64,000 nt of DNA from contig NW_003314263.1 of NCBI RefSeq assembly GCF_000143415.4, forward strand, positions 4,219,628 through 4,283,627. The letters are read 5' to 3'. This DNA is from Selaginella moellendorffii. Lineage: Eukaryota > Plantae > Lycopodiophyta. The notes under the pieces were generated by a model. That model did not search any database. It saw only the letters and a program-made list of their open reading frames with translations, and was not told the DNA's origin. The translations under genes and the position numbers were made by a program. Positions within the stretch are counted from its first letter, which is position 1, and every line of letters starts with the position of its first letter. Shown here piece by piece: positions 35,361-46,556 of this stretch.

Positions 35361-36479
35361 AGAGCTTATTTTATTTTATCAATAACATAAGATACATTCA
35401 TATTGTATGTAAAATTTTTAAAATTTATAAATGATGGTGTATATAGTACTTTTCAATATTTAAGTTATTGGAGAATTAATATTATTTTTCCCAATTATAT
35501 AGAAAGGATACATTCTCAACAAGATTTCATACATATTTTGGATTCGTGACATAACTTTAAAGAGTATAAATCTGGCATGTTGCATTGTTATATTAAATAT
35601 ATTATACTATATCAATCTATGAATGGATGAATCCTCAACATTGTGTATGAACCTAAATTATAGGCACGTGCTCTAAATGTCATTGAGCAGTATTTGCATA
35701 TATGGATAACACTCAACTCATATTGAGAATCAGAACTATATCATTGAAAAATTATCATTATTGACATCACCTAACACTAAAGATTTAACAAAGTACTAAT
35801 AGTTTACATGTGTGCCAAAATAGACTATCATTATTAACATCATCACTAACAATCAAACTTCACGTGTTGAAAATCTTTTCTTGGATTTATGTGCATGTAA
35901 TAAACAGCAAAACACATGATAATACTATCACACTTACACATATTAGATATGTTGTAGTATTTAAATTCATTTGTACATTGTTGTTATTCTTCTTATTGCT
36001 CTCCTTAAATCTCAATTTATGTTTCATTATAAATTTTTATAAGCAACATAAAGGAAATAGAGAACTCCAAAATCTATAAAGAAGGATGAAAATGTTTCTT
36101 TTACATTTTTGAGATCACCCACTGGTTTTATTCTCTCAAAGCCATGTTTTTGAAAGTTTTTTATATTGCCATTTTGATATTTGTCTTGGCTCTATTTTTT
36201 CGGAGACTGGGATCCGAAACAACACTGATATAGTTATTGCTTGGTGTTTCTTCTTTTTAGTGTGGGCAAGGGTGGATAACAATAAGATTTGCAAAATTTA
36301 AAATCCAAGAAAATTTAAACTTTTGGATTTCCAATCAAAGTGTTTCAGCCAAAGTGAATGTAAAGAAAGAGTTAGTCATCATCCTCTCTTCCTCTTCCAG
36401 TTTAAGTGGAAAAGTTATGCTAGTATTACCCCCAAATTCGCTATCTTTATCTTTAGTAATATTCAAAGTCATTAACAAT

Positions 36480-37300
36480 GCTTTCCACTTTTCCCATTTC
36501 TTAGTCAATGTGCACTTACTTCCGTATAAACCCATGAGTGAGCTTCCATCTTACTACAATAACAAGATCTTCTTTGATCTACCACCTCTTATTGATAGCA
36601 TTAGTTCTAAACAAAAAGGGATGGAGGTCAAATAGAATGTTTAAAATTGGTGTAATATCAAAACCACACACTTCTAACATTTTGAAAGAACAATGTTTAT
36701 AGTTTACTATGGTAAGCATTTGGATTGTATGGATGAAGCATGTAATCAAAATAACTATAAAAATTCTATATTTTTTGAAGGGTCTATAATTAATCCTCTT
36801 GCCCATGACACTATTATTATTGAATTCAAGTGTTGGTTTTGCAAAAATTCTCCTTTATGTTGTGTCATTTACAAAGCCAAAATATACTTCTTCCTTCCTT
36901 AGGATAGAGTGGTTGGAAGAGGTGAAATCTTTTATTTCTTCTTTATTTTTATTGCCTTTTAATGTTGTCTTTTTCATTAGAACCAACTATTTGAGGATCT
37001 CGCATACACCCTAATTTGTGAATTTTTCCAAGAGTAAACATTAGAGTTAACATTCTTCTGAGGCAGGGAAAGAGAAGATAAATTTGTATAAAATATATTT
37101 ATTGGATTTGATACATGCTATAAAAAAGTCTTCAAAAGCATTAACATTCGAGGAAGGAAGATACTGGGAATAAGGCCTTCTATTAAAATGTTACATGATA
37201 GGATAAAGAGGAAAGTGACTCCACTAGCTCAAGAAATGACAATTGTAATTGAGAAAGTGGTTCATGACACATTTTTAGAGTATAATTCCCAAGCTTCTAT
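36480..37300 (+). mobile_element. Degenerate DNA-transposon coding remnant (possibly Mutator-like with a Cys/His zinc-binding domain)
   Basis: Stop-interrupted peptide ELPSYYNNKIFFDLPP...GKHLDCMDEAC...KCWFCKNSPLC...KAKIYF. The family resemblance is from memory and unverified. Confidence 0.35.
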
Positions 37301-37754
37301 TGGTTGCATGAAAATTATTCACTTATTAAAGTGTTATTTTTTCTTTATTGGTGAAGATATTAATATAAATTTTGGAGTGAAAAGCTCTTACAGTCTTGAT
37401 ATTGAGTATAATTTTGCTCCAAGATATTGTACATTGTCAAAATAGAAAATGAAGAGTACACAATTATTATTCAATACTTTCCTTCTTGCACATGTCCAAA
37501 CTTTACTAATCTTTAAACTAGCCAGATTTTGAAGGCAAAAGAATCCACACAGCAGCTCTAGATTTGTGATACTACTTGATATACAACTGGACCACTCCCT
37601 AGTGGAAAACAGACAACACTAGAATCTTCAAGCCACCTTGGACAAAGGCTGCATCCTGAAAGCAATGGAGGAGTGTGGGAGGAGACTCTCTAGTCTCACC
37701 AGAGCTGAGATTATGTGAGAGCAGAAGTAGCCAAGAATCTTGGGATGTCGGGAG

Positions 37755-38230
37755 CACTGCGATCCACCTCCTTCGGCTTGCGCTCCGACAATTCATTCAG
37801 CTGCTCTGTCAGAAGCGAGCAAGTGCCGGATAAGCGGCAATGCAATGGAGGAGGGACGAAAATATTTTGGGATTCGAATAGTATCCTGGATGTGTCCGGT
37901 GTGAGCCTGGAGCTCAAGAAGCTTGGCCCATTCTTCACCAGGAGATCGGCTCTAGAGCAGCCAAAGTCGTAGCCATGGCAAATTGCCACTGCTCCAATCT
38001 GCAATGCCACTCGGAAGAGAGGCTTGTTTTGTTTGATCTTGGAAGCTCTTGTCAAATGGAGGACCATACAGCAGCGCTTGATCTTTGCTGTTGATGCTAT
38101 CACCGCCATCAACGACAGCACTCCAAGGTTCCATGGATCGATTGATACCTTAGAATCGCTGCAGTGCTAGTCAAGTAGTCAAAGGTTTTTACCCAAGTGG
38201 TCAAAAGTCTCTGACCGAGAGTCAAAAGAC
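37755..38230 (+). pseudogene. Compressed duplicate of the hydrolase/GNAT head-to-head region, with an internal inversion
   Basis: Matches 11920-12770 in the same orientation with deletions; 37938-38105 is the reverse complement of 12239-12460. Confidence 0.85.
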
Positions 38231-38373
38231 GTTGACTTAAATTCGAGCTCAAGTGCTCAAATTTTAGGGCGACACTTGTCCACGCTGCTCTGGCGCTACA
38301 CAGCCTCGTTCCTCGTCTTGCTCGTCTTCCTCTCGTCAGGGCGCGCGCGATCCAATCCATCCCCGCCGCGGCC

Positions 38374-39821
38374 ATGGCAGGAAATCTGGATCACGCCCTC
38401 GCGGCAATGCGGGCCATTGCTCCGCCCTTGGATCCCAAAAAACACAAGGGACAAGCAGGTAAAGAAAGATCTCTCTCTCTCTTTTCTTCTTCCTGGTTTT
38501 ACTTCTGGATCTCTTCCAGGGAAGATTGCAGTGATTGGAGGCTGCCGGGAGTACACTGGAGCGCCGTATTTCTCTGCTATCTCGGCACTAAAGATGGTTA
38601 GCCGGCAGTTTTTTTTTTTTTCTTGTTCTTCCTGGTTTTGTTTTTTTTTTTATGGAAGTTCTTGGACAGGGCGCAGATCTCTCTCATGTTTTTTGCACGA
38701 ATGGTGCAGCAACCGTGATCAAAAGCTACAGTCCAGAGCTGATTGTCCATCCAATCTTCGTGGAATCGCATGAACTTGCGGATGAATCCCAGGAAAGTCA
38801 GCAAGCGACCAAGAACAAAACTCTCAGCGAAATCGATCGATGGATAAGCGGTTTTAGCTGCCTCGTGATCGGACCCGGACTTGGCCGAGACCCTCTCCTT
38901 TTGGTACCATCCACCACTTTTGTGTCCAAGGCTAACTTCGTTCATGCCAGGACTGTGTCTCGGAAATTATTCGTAAGGCTCGAGCCAAGGAGATTCCCAT
39001 GGTGCTGGACGGGGTACGACTTGTCATTGTTTGGAAGTTCATCGCGAATAACTTTGCTAGATTTTCAGGATGGACTTTTTCTCGTGACAAGCGAGCCAGA
39101 GTTGATCTCCGGCTACGCTCTAGCGACGCTGACACCAAATATCAACGAGCACAAACGGCTTGCTCAGAAGATCAAAGGCGCTGAGCACGAAGTTCAAACG
39201 GACAAAATTCCGGACGAGCTCAAGTCCTTGGCCAGCCAGTATGGTTTGACCTTCTGTTTTTCATCTTCGATGTTTTCTCCGCTTCTTTTCAGACTGGGAG
39301 GAGTAACAATATTGCAGAAAGGTTTCACGGATTACATGAGCGATGGCACCTCAGGTTCTTGGTTGCATTTCTAGCTTTTTCCGGCCGAAGGAATAATCGT
39401 GCTCTGGATTTCGTTTGCAGTGCTAGCGTGTGACTTTTACGGATCGCCTAGGCGTTGTGGCGGTCAAGGAGACATTCTTTCGGGCACTGTCGCGGTCTTT
39501 ACGTCCTGGGCGAGACAATGCAAAGGGTCGCCGGACATGGAAAAGTAAGCACAGCCTTTGGCGAAGCGTCAACCTCTGATGAGTCTATGTTTTTTCTTTG
39601 TCTGATCAGGCTGTCACGGAATCCCTGCATGTTAGGAGCCTTGGCGGGGTCTGTCCTGGTAAGAAGAGCCGCACAGGACGCTTTCACTCGTCACAGGCGG
39701 AGTACTGTCACTGGCAACATCATAGAGTGTCTCCAAGCAAGGTAAGTTACAGCCTTTTCCTTCGTGGTTTTGACAGTATGGCTGTCTGAAGTGCAGCATG
39801 GACGAGCTGTGCCCCCTGTGA
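38374..39821 (+). CDS. NNRD: ATP-dependent (S)-NAD(P)H-hydrate dehydratase (multi-exon)
   Basis: HKGQAG|[74 protein letters not shown]. Confidence 0.93.
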
Positions 39822-39992
39822 CGGTTCTTCCAAGTTGTGAGCAAGCAGCAAACGAAAGAAACATCGAGTTAAGCGTGAGATTTCTCATTCAAAGAATTAT
39901 CGAAATGGCTTTCTAGATCTTTGCAGCCGATGATCCTAGAAGCCTCACGAGTATCTCCTTGTACAGCTTACTCCGCAGCACCAGAATGGAAG

Positions 39993-40660
39993 TCATGAAA
40001 CAGGCGAGAGCCATGAGCAAGAAGGTGACCCGATAGCACCGTGCTCCGGCGTCACCACCTTCAGTTTGACGGACAGAGCAAACATTCCTACGCCTTTAGC
40101 AAGCGTGGGAACGTTTTGCAGGTGGCTGGGTGTGGCATACCTGTCCAGCAGCTTGTCGGACAGTGCACCGGTAGCGACGCCACCCATGAAGTCGAGGATG
40201 GCAACGAACACGCCCGTTTCCGAAGCCGAGTAGCCGAGTGCGAGGCTGATCTGGCAGGGCCGATCCAACGCCGCAGGAGTTTTCGCAACTTGAGCTTAGT
40301 GAGCTACGCAAACCTCCCACAGGCGAGAGTGCGAGAAGGAATGGCTGAGAGCCAGGAGGAATGGAGCGCCACCCAAGTTGTAGAGGAGGCCCGAGAAGCT
40401 ATTGATGGACTCTTGGTCGTAGCCCAGCGACGCTCTCATGTGCTGCAAGAAGAGGCTGAATGTGTTCAAGGATCCGCACGAGAATATCACATGTAGAAGC
40501 TCGCCATGGTTGACATCCATCTCGTCGTCACTGCCATCTTTCCTGTGCTTACCTCGTTAAACGAGAGGGATAACAACAAAATACCTTGCTTGATCAAAGA
40601 CCCATAAAGCTTGGAAGAGTTGGAAAGAGCTCTGTCCGTGAGGAGTCCGATACGCGATCC
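39993..40660 (-). pseudogene. MFS / nodulin-like transporter remnant
   Basis: Broken hydrophobic frames: FSLFLQHMRASLGYDQESIN, QISLALGYSASETGVFVAILDFMGGVATGALSDKLL, GSRIGLLTDR. Confidence 0.45.
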
Positions 40661-40665
40661 AGCTA

Positions 40666-42879
40666 TCACCACTGCTCCATGTATCGATCCAGCTGCATTG
40701 CGGGATCCAGCTCCATCTGTGACGAGAAAGTGTTGTTGTAGTCACTCCGCTGCCAGCCACCACTGTGAGTCGCCACTGCTGTGGAGGTGTCCGATGGTGG
40801 TGCTCGAGAGCTCTCCAGCTGCGGAGTGTAGACGCCGGGATAGTCCTGGCACAGCTGCTTTGCGGCAGCCAAGTCGCCAGTCTTCCACAAGCTCTTGATG
40901 ACGAGCTGGAGCGTGTTGAAGCTGGGATGGAAGTGGAGGCGCTTCATCTCGTCCAGGAACTCGAGAGCGTGCTCCACTTGGTTGTACCTGGTGAGCACGT
41001 CGATCAGGCCGCAGTACGTGAACTGGTTGGCCGTGATCCCGCGCTCCCTCATTTCCTCGTACAGGTCGAAGCACAGCTCGATGTATCCTCCTCGCCCCAG
41101 CCTGACGATCAAAGTGTTGTAAGTGACAACCGAAGGACTGCAGCCGTTTCGCTTCATGTCGAGGAATTCCTCCCAAGCCTCTGCAAACTTCGCAGTCTTG
41201 CCGAAGAGGTCGATCGCAATGTTGTAAGTTATCCCATTCGGTTTGGTTCCCGGGAACGACTTCATCTCCCGGAAGAAGGTGAGAGCCAGCGTCGTTTTCC
41301 CAGCTTTGCTCAGCCGGCTGAGGAGAGAGTTGCACGAAACCGAGCTCGGGTAGATGTTCTTGCCGATGAGCTCCATGTAAAAGGCGTGAGCTCCCTCGAG
41401 ATTGTTCACCATGGCAAAAGTATCCAGCAGCATTCCATACGACTTCACTGTCGGCTGGCAACCGTTTTCCGCGATCTTCCGGAACAAGTTCACGGCTTCG
41501 TCCAGCTCTCCGGCCTTTGCGTGGAGTCCAAACAGGAGATTGAAAATCTCCTCGCCCGGCAAGCATCCTCGTTCTAGCATCTCCAAAAAGAGCCGGGTAG
41601 CACCGGTGACGTTGTGGCACTTGATGTAGCCGTCGATGAGGATGGTATAAGTGAAGAGGTCGATGGTGGACTTGTCCTTCATCTTGGAGAAGACCTTCAT
41701 GGCCTCGTCCATGTTTGCGACGTTGCACAAGCTGCTAATCACCGCGTTGTACACGTAAGAATCTGGAGCGTGTCCAGCAGTCATGAGGCCCTTGTACAGC
41801 ACCGGCACCACCAAGTAGCACTCGGATCGTAGCATCCTGTCAATCACATACTTGTACTCGTTGAAACCCGGAGGTGACGAGGACCTCTCCATCTGTGAAA
41901 ACACCTCCAGCGCGTCCTCAACGTAGCCCCCTTTGAACAGGCTGACGAGGAGTATCTTGGAAGTCTCGACAGTCCTGGGAATGTCGTCGTTCTCCATCTC
42001 TTTGGCAAGCCGGGCCATGTCAAGATACTTGCCGGCTTCTTGGAGGAGCTTGAGCATCATGTTGTAAGTCGCGCTTACGTGCTGGAAGAAAGGCTGGAGC
42101 CCGGCCCAGCGGAAAAACGCGAGGGCGATTCCAGCTTCGCTTGGAGTGCACGACTTGAGCACCTCAAAGACGTGGAAAGGCCGAAGCTGACCACCAAAGC
42201 TGCGAACAACGTCCTCGGCTTCCCAGGTAGCCACGTTCCCTTGCTTGAACAGGCTTCTCATCTCGAAAACCAGGCACTCGTCGGAGGGCGCCGGCTGCCA
42301 GTCCTCGTCCATGTTGCCAGAGATCTCGAAGAGTCGGCAGTCGGGTCTGTGGAACGTTTGCAGCGACGAGTCGGCATCGTCGGACAGCGTCTTTCTTATC
42401 TGGAAACGATCACGAACAACGAGCTCGCTGTCTTCGTCTTCCGATTCCTCGTCCTTCTTCTTTGGAGGAGTGGACGAGTTTGCTGCCGGCACCAGCTGCG
42501 ATTCGCTAGAATCGAAGCCAGCGTAGGCCCTGGAGCTGCTGGGATACTTGTCGAGCTTACTACCCGTGAATGGATAGTTGCTCTCTTCCTCGTCATCCTT
42601 GGCACTCCAAGAAGAGTACCTGGATTCGCGATCGTGGCTACGATGCTCGTAGCGCTCCCCCGCGAACTGAGGCGGCTTCCACACCTTCCTCGAGTCCTGC
42701 GGCACCGTATAGGAGAAATTCCCGGGATCCACAAACCCCTTCTTCCTGTAGTTGCGATCGCTGTAATCCTTCCTCAGGTAGCCTCGGTCGGCGAAATGCC
42801 GCCTAGCGCCCGCGCTGGAGCTGGAGATTCTCGCCGCCGCATCGATCCAGCGCCCGCCCGCCAGGAAGAACGCGCGCAT
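40666..42879 (-). CDS. P-class PPR protein, probably mitochondrial, with an unusual ~200-aa N-terminal extension
   Basis: ALAFFRWAG..HVSATYN followed by about 12 35-aa repeats (e.g. PSVVTYNTLIVRLGRGG). Arg-rich presequence. The exact C-terminus may be spliced. Confidence 0.9.
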   Translation of the reverse strand: MRAFFLAGGRWIDAAARISSSSAGARRHFADRGYLRKDYSDRNYRKKGFVDPGNFSYTVPQDSRKVWKPPQFAGERYEHRSHDRESRYSSWSAKDDEEESNYPFTGSKLDKYPSSSRAYAGFDSSESQLVPAANSSTPPKKKDEESEDEDSELVVRDRFQIRKTLSDDADSSLQTFHRPDCRLFEISGNMDEDWQPAPSDECLVFEMRSLFKQGNVATWEAEDVVRSFGGQLRPFHVFEVLKSCTPSEAGIALAFFRWAGLQPFFQHVSATYNMMLKLLQEAGKYLDMARLAKEMENDDIPRTVETSKILLVSLFKGGYVEDALEVFSQMERSSSPPGFNEYKYVIDRMLRSECYLVVPVLYKGLMTAGHAPDSYVYNAVISSLCNVANMDEAMKVFSKMKDKSTIDLFTYTILIDGYIKCHNVTGATRLFLEMLERGCLPGEEIFNLLFGLHAKAGELDEAVNLFRKIAENGCQPTVKSYGMLLDTFAMVNNLEGAHAFYMELIGKNIYPSSVSCNSLLSRLSKAGKTTLALTFFREMKSFPGTKPNGITYNIAIDLFGKTAKFAEAWEEFLDMKRNGCSPSVVTYNTLIVRLGRGGYIELCFDLYEEMRERGITANQFTYCGLIDVLTRYNQVEHALEFLDEMKRLHFHPSFNTLQLVIKSLWKTGDLAAAKQLCQDYPGVYTPQLESSRAPPSDTSTAVATHSGGWQRSDYNNTFSSQMELDPAMQLDRYMEQW

Positions 42880-42943
42880 CTCAGCATAGCTCTAGCCCTA
42901 GGCCCTCGTTAAACCCTTCCCCCCTTACTAAAGCCAAAACCCT

Positions 42944-42968
42944 CCCTAAACCCTAACCAAACCCTAAC
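42944..42968. promoter_or_regulatory. Telo-box cluster (AAACCCTA) upstream of the PPR gene
   Basis: CCCTAAACCCTAACCAAACCCTAAC about 70 bp from the ATG; telo-boxes are known plant promoter elements. Confidence 0.5.
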
Positions 42969-43084
42969 TAGGGCACTTCTTTACCCTTGGGATTTTTACG
43001 CTGTTACTTCCCATGATAGTGTAAATCCATGGTCAGATTTTAGTGGGCGATTCTCTCTTCTTCCTCCAGGCGATGGATGCTTCG

Positions 43085-43402
43085 TCATTTCTTATGGCTC
43101 CCTCGCACGCCCGGCTTCTCTTTCTCCTTGGCGGACGACTCCACCCCAGCGTGCTGGTTGGCAATCTTCTCCTCCTCGAATGGAAGCTTGGAGTGGCGGG
43201 CGTCGTGGTGGATCTTCATGCTCTTGACATCCGGCGCGGTGGCCTTGCAGATTGGGCACACGAACTTGGCATGGCCGCCCTTGTCCGCCCCCAATCGGTC
43301 CTCGAGCCCCGCCTTTCCGCCTCCTCTGTTGGTGGTGGCCGCGTCCACCTTGGCCGCGATCTCCTTGGCCGTGTGCTTCTTGGGCTTGGCCTTGCCAGTC
43401 AT
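43085..43402 (-). CDS. MBS1: METHYLENE BLUE SENSITIVITY-like small C2H2 zinc-finger protein
   Basis: MTGKAKPKKHTAKEI..TNRGGGKAGL..GGHAKFVCPICK..MKIHHDARH; probable 5' UTR intron about 43420-43608. Confidence 0.88.
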   Translation of the reverse strand: MTGKAKPKKHTAKEIAAKVDAATTNRGGGKAGLEDRLGADKGGHAKFVCPICKATAPDVKSMKIHHDARHSKLPFEEEKIANQHAGVESSAKEKEKPGVRGSHKK

Positions 43403-43954
43403 CCTCGGCTCGATTCCACCTGTGGATTGCCAATCAATCCAATCAAAAGCTTCGCAATCCTCTATCGATCACAGGCCAGGGACACAAGGGATTGATTGAT
43501 AGGACCCAGACAGGCAGGGAGATAGCTCTAGGCATTCCAGGATCAATCAATCAGACCAAGGCGCCGGTGGAGAGGAGGAGAAGCGAGTCCGAATCTATGG
43601 CGCCATACCTGGTGATCGCCAACGCCGCACATACGCGCCCACAGCTCTAGGGCTAGGGCACTGGCGAGCAAATCAAAATCAACCACTCCCATTTCAATCC
43701 AACGGCCAGGAACAAAGCATGTTTACTTTTAAGATTTGTATTAAATTGTTCTTTCCATTGGTGGGCGACTCGATTAAAGCACCTCAAGCAATGCGCTCGC
43801 TGTTAACATGGTGGAATCGCCATTCTCCACTCTTTGTCTAGCACAGCACCTGGTATACTACTACTTACAAATGTGTTCTTCCTTCTTCTTCTTTGTTCTT
43901 CTTCTTCTTCCATCGAGTGTTATATACAAATTCCTCCTCGCAGGAACCAGCCAG

Positions 43955-44889
43955 TCACGCCCCCGTGCTCTCGTGAAACACCATCTCCTGGACAAGCAAA
44001 GAGAAGTTTCATCACTCCTCCATAGCCCATGGATCGATCGAGAGAGACCCGAAAGAAGAAGAGCTTGTCACATACATACCTTGTCACAGACTGGGCAGTG
44101 CTTGCTTCTCTCCATCCATTCCAGGATGCAAGCGAGGTGATAGTGGTGGCCACACTCGGTGTTGATCTTGGGATTCTCGGGTGTATATACTGCAAGGAAA
44201 CAGAAAAAGATCGAATGAAGATCGCAAGAGCTCGAAAGAAGCAAGCAATACCATCGAGACAAGTCGGGCACGCGTCTTCGTCGTCAATGAGCGACAGCAT
44301 CGACTCCGACTTGGTCAGAAGCTTGGACGAGTGCTGCTGCTGGAGCTGCTGCTTGTCGATCGAGTCCGAGTCTTCGGCGTGCTCCGCCGCCGCCGCCGAG
44401 TCGGAGCTCTGCCGGGGGAGCAGCGCCAGCGCCTCGCCGCCGCCGCCGCCACCGCTCTCGCTACTGTAGTGGCTCATCCCAATCTTGTCCCTCCTGGAAA
44501 CCAAGCCATCGCGCGGCAGCCTCACGTATCTGGCATCCACGTCGTAAGGCAGCGGCCGCGGAGGAGCTCTGAAAGTGTCGAGCGAGTCGGAGGAGCGCGG
44601 CGCGGACACCACCACCCCGGACGCCGATGGAGGCGACTGATGCGTCGATGGCAAGCCCGGCCCAATCCTCTCGAACATCGACGCGTACTACAAGAAAGAA
44701 AAGGAAGGAAGGATTTTTCGATCCAAAGGAAGAGCTTTAGAGGAGAGATCTTCTTGTTTCACTCACCCAGAAGAGGAGCCATCTCATGCAGCCTTGGAGG
44801 CAAGCACAGCGCTGGTAGAGCGTGCCATTGGGGTAGGAGACGAGCTCCTCCACATTCTCTGGAACCGGGCAGCAGCACAAGCTCCCCAT
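43955..44889 (-). CDS. RING-H2 E3 ubiquitin ligase with N-terminal MGxxCCC lipidation motif (RHB1A-like)
   Basis: MGSLCCCP...; DTFRAPPRPLPYD; CPTCLD|VYTPENPKINTECGHHYHLACILEWMERSKHCPVCDK|EMVF; four exons. Confidence 0.9.
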
Positions 44890-45154
44890 GGGAAGATCCA
44901 CAGCCCTAAAAACCTGGAATGGATCGATCGCTCGCCCTTTTTATTTCCGGAATTCCATCCTCCTGCCCTAGCGCCCCTTCCCCCTTGCCTTTCCTTGTAC
45001 TTCTAGCTGTGGATTTATTAATGCCTTCGCTATAAGCGCGGTATCTAAGAGAGATTTACGCTAGCCTCGCGAGCTCCAAGCTTTTGTGTGAATCAAAGGT
45101 TGCGTTTGATCTCGCGAGTATGTTACAGTGAAAGATGCTACACTCCACCGCTAC

Positions 45155-46476
45155 TCAGCCAACCATGAACGCGAAGTCGAGGTTCTTGTCTCCCATTCCA
45201 AAGTACAAGGAGCCATACGCCTTGGTAGACGCGTTGTAGTAGAAGGAGTATCCAGGCCACCAAAGGCTTCGCAGGATCACATCTCCGGTGATGGGAGTCA
45301 TTTGGACGCTCCATGATCCTGGAGGAGAGAGAACACCGGCTTGAGCTTGCGAGAGATCAAAGACGTGAGAGCTTCGTTTACCTGTGATGTCTTTGGAGAG
45401 AAGAGTGTCTTCGTAGCGCTGATAGAGATGACCATAGGAATCGAGCTTCTCTGGGAACTTTACTCCTGCGAGAGAGAAACGCGGCTGTCGAAAACGAGAA
45501 AAGGATTTGAGGATGATCGTGTTACCTGAGAACAGTGTGTTTGGAACGAGCTGTTTCCTGGCGTTTAGGACCAGCGCATTCACTGGCATCACTCCACACT
45601 CCTCGTCAACTGCTCTTATCAAGGCGGAGAGCCTGTCCAGCTGAGAGATCCACAGAACATCACTCGAGAAAAGAACGACTTTGAAAGATCTTACCTCGCC
45701 AAATTCCACAGTCTTCATGTTGGGATCCTTCTTTTTCTTTTTCTTCTTTGCGCCCTCTTCGCCTTCCTCGCCTTCTTCCTCTTCTTCTTGTCCCTCCGGA
45801 TTGTCCGTGGTCACCTCGGCCTCTGCCGGCTTCTCAACTTCCTCCACCTTTGGTGCGTCTGGATTCTCACCCTCTATAGGAGCAGCCGCCTCTGCGAAAA
45901 CACGAACGCTTCCTTGAGAAAAAGAACCAGGAAAAGAAAGAAACGTTCCTTCAGACCTTATGTTCTTGTTGAGGAAGCGAAAGCGAAAGCGAGGGCCGAG
46001 TTTTTACTTGGAGGAGCTGGCGGCGTCGGAGGTGGCGGAGGGACACGAACAAGAGCCTTGTACCTTTGGCTGGGATCGCCTTTAAATCCTCCCTGGATAG
46101 TCTTGCAAATGTCGTAAGCATCATCCGTGAGAGGCTGAAGATCCAACCACTTTGCTCCATCCAAGCTACAAAACCAAAGAAAGGAGAGAGAAATCCAACA
46201 ATCCGATCGAGAAATCGAAACAAACCTGTAGTAGCACTTCACATCGACATTGATACGATCGTCCGAGGTCTGGATCCCATTGCAGCCCTGCGCTACCAGA
46301 TAATCCTTGCCTGTGAGCGTGTAAACTCTCCCCCAAAAGCCCAGGGTGCTCAACCCCGCCTCCTCCTTCTTGATCACCAGCGACGTATCCATCGCCGCCC
46401 GCTGCTCCGTGGGAACCACGAATCCAGACGTCCCCAGCGCGTCCAGCGCTAGGGTGTGATTGTTGAAGAACGCCAT
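45155..46476 (-). CDS. RSPH9: Flagellar radial spoke head protein 9
   Basis: FWGRV...DYLVAQG, FKGDPS, LDRLSALIRAVDEECGVMP, SWS...LRSLWWPGYSFYY..YGSLYFGMGDKNLD. Confidence 0.88.
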
Positions 46477-46556
46477 TCCTTCCTCTAGAGCCCTAATAAC
46501 TAAATCACTGGAGTGAATATTCCACCCTGAAATTTTAGGGCTCCTGGGCAGCAGCG

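Larger units (their letters stand above)
15473..35365 (-). mobile_element. Element A: old, heavily decayed Gypsy relative of element B, apparently non-autonomous; host of the nested insertions
   Basis: 3' LTR remnant 15473-15874 (12-bp CCATCTCGGACT-type repeats) is followed by the same ACTCCACCACCCATAG PPT as element B. 5' LTR boundary TGTAAGC at 20630 with PBS (minus strand TGGTATTGG). Gag-like remnant about 20100-20600; no recognisable RT or integrase. The two LTR remnants do not overlap, so their pairing is inferred. Confidence 0.65.

Noticed and set aside
13638-37601. Possible TIR pair TAGGGATGGT / ACCACTCCCTA bounding the whole AT-rich region
   Set aside because: Short, imperfect, and no TSD found.
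42944-42968. Interstitial telomere
   Set aside because: Only about three degenerate units at a promoter; better explained as telo-boxes.
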